NCBI GenBank assembly: GCA_016839445.1
Contig: JAEOUG010000033.1
Span: forward strand, 1-29,849
DNA from: Candidatus Thorarchaeota archaeon
Lineage (GTDB): Archaea; Asgardarchaeota; Thorarchaeia; Thorarchaeales; Thorarchaeaceae
Reading direction: 5' to 3'
Length of the DNA: 29,849 bases
The notes below the pieces were generated by a model. The model saw only the letters and a list, made by a program, of their open reading frames with translations. It was not told the DNA's origin and searched no databases. Position 1 is the stretch's first letter. Each line of letters opens with the position of its first letter. Below, one piece after another: positions 8,399-16,589 of this stretch. The position numbers and the translations under genes were made by a program.

Positions 8399-9509
8399 AG
8401 GTGAGAATCTCCTTCATGATGCCATACGACCCTCTCGTCTTCTCTAGATCGAACATTCCTGTCGCATTCCAGAGAATGATGTGCTCAAGACCTCTAGATG
8501 CGTACTCCTCCAGTTGCTTGAGAATGAAATCTGCATCCCCGGCCATGTAGAAAGCGCGCAGGACTTCCTCGGGTACCCTCTCAATTGCATCAAGGACTCT
8601 GTCCCTATCATAGCGCATTGGAACGTAGTCAGTCAGTGAGTGGAAGCCATCACCGAAAGGATGCTCGAATCCAAGACGTTTCCACTCAGAGTCGGGAAGG
8701 AGTAGAGCGAAGGCCTTCGCAAGAGAGGTGTTCATGAGACGCTCACACTCGGCATCATCCTCGGCAAGAATACACCAATTCCACAGCGCGGCCGTGAACC
8801 TGCCGCTTCTGTCCCTTGACTTGCGATGGTGCTGAATTCTCCTCAGACTCTCACCATATTGCGAAGGCTGAAGTAGTGTCGGAATCCAGCCATCTCCGAA
8901 CTCCGCTGTGATTTCCAGCATCTTGGGCCCGTGCGCAGCAATCCACACAGGGGGTGCGCGCGAGTCTCTTGCCAGAGGGAGGCTCATCACTGCATCTCTC
9001 AGCTTCCAGAACCTGCCGTCATACGAGAACGGGTCATTTGTGCTCCATGCCAAGCGTATGATCTCAAGTGCCTCTCGGAGCCTGCCAACCTGACCGGAGT
9101 AGGATAAGCCATAGGGCTCGACGTTTTCGATCTCGCCAGCTCCGATACCAAGAATAGCTCGACCTCCGCTGATGTGATCGAGTGTGAGAAACGTCTGTGC
9201 CAAGAGAATGGGGTGACGACGGATTGGTTCTGTCACTGCAGAGAGAATGTTCACCCTCTCAGTGGCAACTGCACACGCGCCCATTAAGGTGGCCAACTCG
9301 TAGTAGGTGTGCGGCGACTGCTGAATGAATGCCAGAGGTGTGATGTCCGGAGTCCAAATACCTTGAGGAATGAACCCAGCGAAGTGGTCCGGGAAGGCCA
9401 TGCTGTCGTAGCCTAAAGAGTCGATCAGCCTAGCATTCTTTAGAGCGTTCTCCCAAGGCGGCAGGAATGGGCCTGGCGCACCAATCTTCAGATCCCTGAG
9501 TTCGACCAT
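8385..9509 (-). CDS. Luciferase-like (LLM) flavin/F420-dependent oxidoreductase
   Basis: GYDSMAFPDH, RHPILLAQTFLTLDHISGGRAILGIGAG, PPVWIAAHGPKML, GDGW. Confidence 0.92.
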   Translation of the reverse strand: MVELRDLKIGAPGPFLPPWENALKNARLIDSLGYDSMAFPDHFAGFIPQGIWTPDITPLAFIQQSPHTYYELATLMGACAVATERVNILSAVTEPIRRHPILLAQTFLTLDHISGGRAILGIGAGEIENVEPYGLSYSGQVGRLREALEIIRLAWSTNDPFSYDGRFWKLRDAVMSLPLARDSRAPPVWIAAHGPKMLEITAEFGDGWIPTLLQPSQYGESLRRIQHHRKSRDRSGRFTAALWNWCILAEDDAECERLMNTSLAKAFALLLPDSEWKRLGFEHPFGDGFHSLTDYVPMRYDRDRVLDAIERVPEEVLRAFYMAGDADFILKQLEEYASRGLEHIILWNATGMFDLEKTRGSYGIMKEILTYVKG

Positions 9510-9512
9510 TGC

Positions 9513-10718
9513 CTAACACATCTCGGCAAACTGAATGAGGACCTTCTTGACCTTCTCGAAATCGTGTAGCCACATGAACTCGTCAAGCCCGTGATAGTTG
9601 TTGTCGTCCGCCAACGTTCCGTAGCATACTGTCGGTATGCCGACTTCCGTGAAGAAATGCCCGTCATTTCCGCCAAGATCTGCAGCTATGGGGATATCAG
9701 GACTGACGGCGGCCTGGACGGCCGAATGAAATGTCTTCACATGCGCGTGGTCCGGATTGGTGTGCCATCCATGGACATTCATGAGAATATCTAGACTCGC
9801 ATCCACGAAGGTTTCTGTTTTCGCGCCTTCGAAGTACTCCCGCAGGCTCTTCTCGACCTCTTTCGGGTCCTCCTCAGGAATCAACCTGCAGTCAAAGGAG
9901 ATCTCGGCCTTACCGGGAATGACATTGGTCTTGGTACCTGCCTTGAATACTGTCATGGAGAACCTTCCCCAGAGATTCCGGTGGGGAGATCCAGGAGGAG
10001 CTGGCAGGCTAGACTCGACCTTCCTGCGGATGTCAATGTAACCCAGCATCTCACCCAGAAGGGGAATGGACAGGTGGATTGCGTTGTTGTAGGCAAACGG
10101 GTAGCCGGCATGTCCCTGTGTCCCGTGTACAGTCATCTTTCCGGCAAGTACCCCACTTGCTCCAATGCTGACATATGATGGACCTGAGTCAACAACCACC
10201 GCAAAGTCACCCCGAATCTTCGGGCCACCGTTGATTAAGTAGTCAATCCCCCACGCGCCGCCAATCTCCTCGTTTGGAGAAACCAGTAGCTTGTAGTTGA
10301 CCTTTGAGCCCCCGCTCTCAATCAACTGCTTCATGGCGCTCACACAGGCAACAACGTTGCCCTTGTTGTCGGATACACCCCTGCCAAAGGCTCTGTCTTT
10401 CTTCAGAGTGAGCTTGAATGGAGGATACTTCCACGCCTCTTCGTCGCCAGCGGGAACAACGTCATAGTGCGTACACAAGAGGACCGTGGTCTTAGAACCC
10501 GTATCCAATGTCGCAACAACATTCGGTTGAGGGATGTTATCATGTTTCGAGTCAAAGACCTCTACGCCAAGACCTGCCTCCTCGCAGTTCCTCTTGGCAA
10601 CCTCCGCGCATTCAACGTAGTTCTTCTTCTCATCACTATTAGTGTCCAACTCAACTAGCTCACGAAGAAAGCTCTCTTCCCACTTGTCCAAGAGACCACC
10701 CAAACGGTGAACTGACAA
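9513..10718 (-). CDS. M20 family metallo-hydrolase (ArgE/DapE-like)
   Basis: THYDVVP, GRGVSDNKG, EEIGG, GTQGHA, NVIP, GGND, YHGLDE. Confidence 0.93.
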   Translation of the reverse strand: MSVHRLGGLLDKWEESFLRELVELDTNSDEKKNYVECAEVAKRNCEEAGLGVEVFDSKHDNIPQPNVVATLDTGSKTTVLLCTHYDVVPAGDEEAWKYPPFKLTLKKDRAFGRGVSDNKGNVVACVSAMKQLIESGGSKVNYKLLVSPNEEIGGAWGIDYLINGGPKIRGDFAVVVDSGPSYVSIGASGVLAGKMTVHGTQGHAGYPFAYNNAIHLSIPLLGEMLGYIDIRRKVESSLPAPPGSPHRNLWGRFSMTVFKAGTKTNVIPGKAEISFDCRLIPEEDPKEVEKSLREYFEGAKTETFVDASLDILMNVHGWHTNPDHAHVKTFHSAVQAAVSPDIPIAADLGGNDGHFFTEVGIPTVCYGTLADDNNYHGLDEFMWLHDFEKVKKVLIQFAEMC

Positions 10719-10748
10719 AGCCCATTGATTAGCTTTGCGAATGACAGG

Positions 10749-11552
10749 CTAGCTCTGGCAGGTCTGGCAGAAACTCGTCTTGAATCTATTCGCCTTTATC
10801 TCTGACACTCGCCCGCCACAAAGTGGGCAGATGCCGCCGCCGCGGTTGTGGACCATCATGAAATCGCGGTTCTCCTTAGAGATTTCAGAGAGATCACGCT
10901 CCGCGAGAATGGAGGTAATCCGCGACAGCACCTTTCTCATAGAGGAGTACAGCCGCTCCAGTTCCTCCTCACTTAGAGATGATCGCTTTCGAAGCGGGAG
11001 GATGCCTGCGTACAGCAGAATCTCGTCGGCATAGGCATTGCCTATACCCTTCACGAACCTCTGGTTCCTGAGCACGTTCTTGATCTGACCATGGTGACGG
11101 CGTATTCGTTCCATGAACACTTCAAGAGAGAGGCTCGGGTCGAGCGCAGAGGGGCCTCGGCCCTCAAATCCAGCAACCTGAGAGTAGTCGCCCTTGGCCA
11201 CAAGATACACTCGGCCCATCTTCTTCCGATCTTGATACCATAATGTCCCGGCGCTTGTACGCAGTTCCAACATGTCCCAAGCACGAGCCCCCCTGGACCG
11301 CCGGTACACTCTGAATCTTCCCGTGAGCATAGGATTGACAACGATGTCCTTGGTGGTGAGTTCCACTATCAGAAACTTACCATCTGCACGGAAAGCCTGG
11401 ATGACCTCACTCCGGGCACCTGACTCGAACACATCAACAGGATTGCCGTGTATCACTAAGTGATTATGTACAGCCGCGTCCTCAATGCGATGGCCCTCAA
11501 GCTGCGCCGTCAGCTTCTCGGCGATAACTAGTAGCTCAGGTAACTCGGGCAT
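10749..11552 (-). CDS. Fpg/Nei family DNA glycosylase/AP lyase
   Basis: N-terminal MPELPE, GKFL, MLTG, H2TH GIGNAYADEIL, C-terminal zinc finger CPLC...CQTC. Confidence 0.93.
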   Translation of the reverse strand: MPELPELLVIAEKLTAQLEGHRIEDAAVHNHLVIHGNPVDVFESGARSEVIQAFRADGKFLIVELTTKDIVVNPMLTGRFRVYRRSRGARAWDMLELRTSAGTLWYQDRKKMGRVYLVAKGDYSQVAGFEGRGPSALDPSLSLEVFMERIRRHHGQIKNVLRNQRFVKGIGNAYADEILLYAGILPLRKRSSLSEEELERLYSSMRKVLSRITSILAERDLSEISKENRDFMMVHNRGGGICPLCGGRVSEIKANRFKTSFCQTCQS

Positions 11553-11668
11553 AGCATTCTACCGGCTTCCAACTATCCTGAGTCGAAAGATATGAAGCCT
11601 GCGTTCTTCTCGAACAGCAATCGCCAAAAGGCTGCTCACTACATGAGAAGGCAGAAGAGCAGGAAACC

Positions 11669-12346
11669 TTGGTCATGAACCGAAAACGACGAATCACTCT
11701 TGCCGTAGTCTTCACCATTGTGGCGGCGTTTGCAGTGGGTACGACAACAGAGGTGCTGAGAGATGCGCTTCTCTTTCGGTGGCAAGTCCAGGAGGGCGAT
11801 GAGTTTCTCTTCAGTGTTGAGGTGATTGGATACTCTATCGCAGGAGGGTCCATCATAGCTCCTCCATTCGCATCAATGAACGACACGATAATCCATTCGG
11901 AAATCGCCAGCCTCCCGAACATCTCAATCTTCATGAGACTCACTGACTTCGCAGATGAGATTGTCAAGTTTGCCAAGACAGACTCTCGGTTTGAGAATGG
12001 AAGCGCCATTCCCGTTCAGCACTACAATCAGATCAATAACCTAGTGTCAAGGTGTCTGCTACCTGTAGGTAACTGGGCACTTCTAGATGCATTCTATCCC
12101 GATGAACCCGAACCAGCTCAGAACACAACCGAATATGAAACGTACATTGGAACGGATTCGGGAGCGGTCTTCAGAATCGGGTTCGAGCGCTTCTCCGAAA
12201 ATCAGGCGTCAGGTTGGCACGGAGTAGTGGATAAGAAGACCGGCGTACCTCATCGGTTGGAGTTGTGGGGCTGGAGCAACATATCGCCATACTTGTACGC
12301 CTACAACGTCACTCTCATCCTCAGGGGACAAGCTAGCATCACTTAA
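11669..12346 (+). CDS. Hypothetical secreted or N-terminally anchored protein
   Basis: Basic N-terminus (RKRR) then a hydrophobic helix; several N-x-S/T sequons (NDT, NIS, NGS, NTT, NVT). Confidence 0.75.
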   Translation: MVMNRKRRITLAVVFTIVAAFAVGTTTEVLRDALLFRWQVQEGDEFLFSVEVIGYSIAGGSIIAPPFASMNDTIIHSEIASLPNISIFMRLTDFADEIVKFAKTDSRFENGSAIPVQHYNQINNLVSRCLLPVGNWALLDAFYPDEPEPAQNTTEYETYIGTDSGAVFRIGFERFSENQASGWHGVVDKKTGVPHRLELWGWSNISPYLYAYNVTLILRGQASIT

Positions 12347-12371
12347 GGGCACACGGCGGAAAGGGCCAGCC

Positions 12372-12968
12372 ATGTCGGATGTCATTGTATATCACATTCA
12401 GAAGGGACGTCTTGTCATGGTCCCTGATCCTGGAGATTTCGGCCTTGGGGACTGCTACCTTGTGGATGCTGGCCTCAAGATCTACCTGTGGATCGGTCCC
12501 GATTCCAGTGTGGATGAGAAGTTTCTGACAGCAGCGTCGGCCGTAATGAGAGATACAGCCCGCAAGGGACAGGCAGATATTGACAGGATTGAGGGAGGAC
12601 AAGAGCCACCCGAGTTCAAAGCCCTTTTCGAGGACTTCAGGCTCACCGACCAAGACACTGAGGGCATTCTCAAGAGTGTTCATCTTGAGAAGCGAGAATA
12701 CAAGCTCTGGCGAATCCACCGCGATGAGGATGAGACCTTCTTCGCAGAGGTTCCCCTGAGAAGGGATTCTCTCAAGGGGGATGATGTGTTTCTGCTTGAC
12801 ACATGGGAAGGCCTGTGGGTGTGGCGAGGAAAGGAAGCCTCTGCAAGAGAGAAATTCGACGCGACAATACTTGCTCGCAGATATGATGCCGAAAGGGTTG
12901 GTGTGCAGGAAATCGAACTCATAGAGGAAGGAGAGGAGCCAGAAGCATTTCTGAGCGCATTCGAATAG
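12372..12968 (+). CDS. Two-domain gelsolin-like protein (2DGel type), actin regulator
   Basis: Two gelsolin repeats: GDCYLVDAGLKIYLWIG...DEKF...GQEPPEF and DDVFLLDTWEGLWVWRG...REKF...EGEEPEAF. Confidence 0.9.
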   Translation: MSDVIVYHIQKGRLVMVPDPGDFGLGDCYLVDAGLKIYLWIGPDSSVDEKFLTAASAVMRDTARKGQADIDRIEGGQEPPEFKALFEDFRLTDQDTEGILKSVHLEKREYKLWRIHRDEDETFFAEVPLRRDSLKGDDVFLLDTWEGLWVWRGKEASAREKFDATILARRYDAERVGVQEIELIEEGEEPEAFLSAFE

Positions 12969-12969
12969 A

Positions 12970-14409
12970 TCACACTAGTCGGAAGTGGCCGGGTCTGGGC
13001 TCATAGAGGACTCCGCTCTCTTTCATGCGAGTGAGGGTCTCTGCAGCCACATGTGGCTCAACGCCAGCTTCCTGAGCTATCTCAGCAAGCGTTGGCCCAA
13101 GAAACCCTCGTCTTCCTGTATCAAGCGTACGAACTGCTCGCATAACCTTGGTGTTGAACCGGTCGAACCTGCTACCTTTGCCCCAGGCGTCCTCAGACTT
13201 CTTTTTCAAGTCAGAGAGCTCGAGAAATTCCCTTATGGCGGGTTCAAGCACTCTGTCCCAGGCACCCTTGAGTTCCTTGCTTGTGACTTTGTCCTTCCAG
13301 TAGGTTCTTGCTGTTGAACGAGCCATCTTCAGCATACTGAGTGGCCGTCCGAGCGCATCCGCATCCAAGAGGCCACCACGCGCGAGCGTTTCAGATCTCA
13401 GGCCAAAGCTCTCTTGGATTTTCTCAAGCCGCTCAAGAACGTGGCTGGTACCAGCCTCGATGCTCTTCATGGAGACCTCGGGGGTCATCAGTTGATATGT
13501 GATTGCGGACTTGAGCACAGGGAGCCGCAGATAGTCGGGACGGGAGGACTCAACCCAGAAGTCCTCTGAAGCCAGGGCAAGGGGAACATCGGGGAGAAGC
13601 GAGGTATCTGACTGGGTCAAAGCACCCACCGATACCTCTCTGTACCCAGAAGGGTCTCTACGATTAACACAGAGCTCCCTTAGTGATTTCCCACCCACCG
13701 CACCGGCGTCAAGACGCCACATCTTGGGCGGATTGACGCGGAGTCCAAGGACAGATGTGCTCGATGGCCTCTTGACTCGCATCGACGGGGGCAGGACGTT
13801 CTTGATGAACGACAGGAACCTTCTGACCTGCCTTTCAGAGGCAATGGCCTGTATCCCTGCTGTGAGTCCACCAACCGCCTCCTGATAGGGAGGACTAGAA
13901 ACGAAGAGCCGCGCAAAGACCCTCTTGCTGGCTTCCGCCATACCGACATGCTCGAAGAGGAGGCCGGACAGGTCCTTCAGAGGCATGGGCGGAGAAACCA
14001 ATGAAGCCAGATCAAACCCGATTTCATTACACTCCTCAACTGCGATTGCCTCCCTAAACTCAGATGACCTCTGGAGGTGATATGGAGATGCCACACGCTT
14101 CCCGACCACTTCGACCCTAGCACCATCATTGGGTATTCCTGTCCCTGCGGGAAAGAAGAGGAGTTCGCCATCAAGCAACCATGGGCTGGGTGTTAGCAGT
14201 ACCGTGGATGGGTCACGTGTGTGACGAACGAAACCCCTGAACTGCAGAGTGCGAGGGGATATGCGAGTTCTGAAGTCCTGGAGAAGTGCCTTCTCCCAGG
14301 CAGTGAGTTCCGTGCCAAACTGCCTTGCGAAGACATCACTGGAGCTGACTGCATCTGCGAGACGGTCGGAGGGTGTGATGTACTTTGCGAGCAGGTCTTC
14401 GGCATCCAT
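12970..14409 (-). CDS. MCM-like protein with degenerate AAA+ motifs and C-terminal winged helix
   Basis: Colinear MCM-like segments: LQFRGFVR, DGARVEVVG, VGMAEASKRVFARLF, FLSFIKNVLP, WRLDAGAV, RPLSMLKMARSTAR...KVTSKEL, C-terminal GVLYEPRPGHFRLV. No GxxxxGK/AKS Walker A or IDEFDK Walker B. Confidence 0.7.
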   Translation of the reverse strand: MDAEDLLAKYITPSDRLADAVSSSDVFARQFGTELTAWEKALLQDFRTRISPRTLQFRGFVRHTRDPSTVLLTPSPWLLDGELLFFPAGTGIPNDGARVEVVGKRVASPYHLQRSSEFREAIAVEECNEIGFDLASLVSPPMPLKDLSGLLFEHVGMAEASKRVFARLFVSSPPYQEAVGGLTAGIQAIASERQVRRFLSFIKNVLPPSMRVKRPSSTSVLGLRVNPPKMWRLDAGAVGGKSLRELCVNRRDPSGYREVSVGALTQSDTSLLPDVPLALASEDFWVESSRPDYLRLPVLKSAITYQLMTPEVSMKSIEAGTSHVLERLEKIQESFGLRSETLARGGLLDADALGRPLSMLKMARSTARTYWKDKVTSKELKGAWDRVLEPAIREFLELSDLKKKSEDAWGKGSRFDRFNTKVMRAVRTLDTGRRGFLGPTLAEIAQEAGVEPHVAAETLTRMKESGVLYEPRPGHFRLV

Positions 14410-14442
14410 TTTGTGTTCTCACGTTCTAGTATTGCTGTCGCC

Positions 14443-15399
14443 TTATTTCTCTCCCGCTCTCCTTAGATACTCCTTGTAGGCTCGGGGGTACAGCTCTGCC
14501 AGCTCCTCGACACTGGGAAGCCGGCTTGAATAGGGAGTGTAGTTCTGGCCTGGGGCCACACGGTCGATTTCACGCCTGATTAGCGTCCTTAATCGCTTGT
14601 TGACCTCGAAACCAATGAAGTGGCGGAAGCTTGTCTTCGCCGCTACGGCGGTTGTTCCATTCCCCATAAAGGGATCCAGCACTATGGCACCGGGACGGGA
14701 TGAGTAGTCTATGCAACGAGTGACAACCTCCAGTGGAAGGCGTGTGCTGTTCTTCTCCTTTCCCATCTTGTACTGTCGTTTCACAATCCAGACATCTTCA
14801 GGGTAGTTCTCTATCTTGTTGAAGAAGTACTTCTTTGGGTTGTTGACGAGCAGCAGTATGTGATAGTGACTCGTCACGAATCTCCTCTTGGTGTACACGC
14901 CAAAGGGATAATGCCAGATGAGATGGTTGAGTGTGGTGAGTCCTGCCTTCCTTGCTCCATCCAGAATCGCATCTAGATTGGTCCACCCACTGAAGACGTA
15001 GGCAGATGCTTGAGGCTTCATTATCCTAGGTAGCTCTGCCAGCCAGCTCAGAGTGAAGTCCTTGTACGAGCCATCTGCCTCCTCATATCCATCCACGACA
15101 AGAGTCACATCGCGATTGTAGACACTGCTCTTGCCATCGAATCCAATCCCGAACGGAGGGTCAGCAACAACGAGGTCAATCGAGTTCTCGGGTATCCTTT
15201 GCATGCCAGTGATGCAATCCTCGAAGAGCACCTGATCCAGAAGGCTAGCATCGTCGAGTGGCTTTGCTGCTGCATATAGGCTAGCCGCCTGTCCTTCGGA
15301 CCAGTCATAGGTTGGCTTGAAGGTGAATTCGGCAAGATGAGGAACATAGCGCTGCCTCCTCTTAGCGGCCTTCTCCTTTGGACGTTCATCTCCAGACAT
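14443..15399 (-). CDS. Site-specific DNA methyltransferase, N6-A/N4-C, beta class (orphan)
   Basis: Catalytic motif IV DPPF precedes SAM-binding motif I LDPFMGNGTT...FIGFE. TATA-like CTTAAGAA lies about 30 nt upstream. Confidence 0.92.
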   Translation of the reverse strand: MSGDERPKEKAAKRRQRYVPHLAEFTFKPTYDWSEGQAASLYAAAKPLDDASLLDQVLFEDCITGMQRIPENSIDLVVADPPFGIGFDGKSSVYNRDVTLVVDGYEEADGSYKDFTLSWLAELPRIMKPQASAYVFSGWTNLDAILDGARKAGLTTLNHLIWHYPFGVYTKRRFVTSHYHILLLVNNPKKYFFNKIENYPEDVWIVKRQYKMGKEKNSTRLPLEVVTRCIDYSSRPGAIVLDPFMGNGTTAVAAKTSFRHFIGFEVNKRLRTLIRREIDRVAPGQNYTPYSSRLPSVEELAELYPRAYKEYLRRAGEK

Positions 15400-15471
15400 C
15401 GGTTCTCTTCAAACCATGAAAACAGGTCGTCTTCTTAAGAATGCCCATGATTCACATCATACACAGGCGCT

Positions 15472-16560
15472 CTACAGGAGCTCAGAGGGATCGACGCCTC
15501 GGTTCATCGCCCTTTGCACCATCCAGTCCATGAGGTCTTCTGGGCGCCCGCCTGAGCTTGACGCCATTTTCAGCCGGATAGCCCCCTCTGGGCACGACTC
15601 TGCACACACGCCGCAACCGATGCACCGCGAGCTGTCTACAACACAAAGAGAGTCAACTACTTCGAGTGCATCCATTTGACATCTATCCGTGCAGGAGGCA
15701 CACCCCACACAGAGGTCTGGGTCTACTCCAGCCAGATATTCTGAACGTACAACCTCTCTGGGGCGCTTCGAGGTGGCAACTCCCCTGAGCACACCACAGC
15801 AGCAAGTGCAGCAATTACAGATGTAACGAATACTAGATTCACTCTCTACTCCGAGAGTGCAATGAATCAACCCAGCCTTCTCGGCATCTCTGAGCAACTG
15901 CAAGGCCTCGTCTCGAGAGATCTCTCTTGTGAGCTCATCACCTCTGTATGCCCCTTCTCTCCGGGGATTCAGCAGGATGCAGACAGTCTTGGGATACGAG
16001 CATTCGTTGCCTAGCAGTGCCTGCTGCACCTTACATATACAGTCACGGACACCTAGTGACTTCGCTTTCATGACCAGGTCCTCAGCCTTCTGGATTGTAT
16101 GAACCGCGAGTGTTGTGTCCAGTGAGGCATTGACAGGAATCACCTTGAAAAGACTCGGTTGTGCGTTCAAGACATGGTCTAGTCCTGCGTTGTAGTATGC
16201 CTCGAACAACGTGGCGAACTCTGTATTCATCCGACCGAGCTGCTCTTCGTAGATACCGACTACAAATGGCATGAGCGCGTACTTCCTCGCTCCAGAACGA
16301 GAGTCATAGGCTGAAATCTGTCCCTTGCCTGCCATACCCTCTAGACGACTGATTACCTCACTCCTCTCAACGTCCAGACGAACAGCAATCTCGTCTGCAG
16401 TTTCCCCTCGCAGCTTCAGTCGGCTGGCTAAGTCAGCTTCCTCCGGGGTGAAGATCCACTCAAGCAGACGAAGATGCTCGCCGCCGGGAGTAGCAGGAAA
16501 TCCGTTGGGGACCTTGTCCAATACTGACGCAAGACGCTCGTAAGGATTCATGTGCCGCAC
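15472..16560 (-). CDS. 4Fe-4S binding protein with N-terminal HTH-like region
   Basis: Two CxxCxxCxxxC ferredoxin motifs (CVGCASCTDRC, CIGCGVCAESCP), plus CIC and ICNCCTCCCG Cys clusters. Confidence 0.88.
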   Translation of the reverse strand: MRHMNPYERLASVLDKVPNGFPATPGGEHLRLLEWIFTPEEADLASRLKLRGETADEIAVRLDVERSEVISRLEGMAGKGQISAYDSRSGARKYALMPFVVGIYEEQLGRMNTEFATLFEAYYNAGLDHVLNAQPSLFKVIPVNASLDTTLAVHTIQKAEDLVMKAKSLGVRDCICKVQQALLGNECSYPKTVCILLNPRREGAYRGDELTREISRDEALQLLRDAEKAGLIHCTLGVESESSIRYICNCCTCCCGVLRGVATSKRPREVVRSEYLAGVDPDLCVGCASCTDRCQMDALEVVDSLCVVDSSRCIGCGVCAESCPEGAIRLKMASSSGGRPEDLMDWMVQRAMNRGVDPSELL

Positions 16561-16589
16561 TATCTCGGAAACACTGCAGAACCTCTAGA

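Noticed and set aside
12970-14409. Canonical replicative MCM helicase, or the restriction partner of the MTase
   Set aside because: Too short and without Walker A/B or arginine finger motifs; no PD-(D/E)xK, HNH or GIY-YIG motif recognised.
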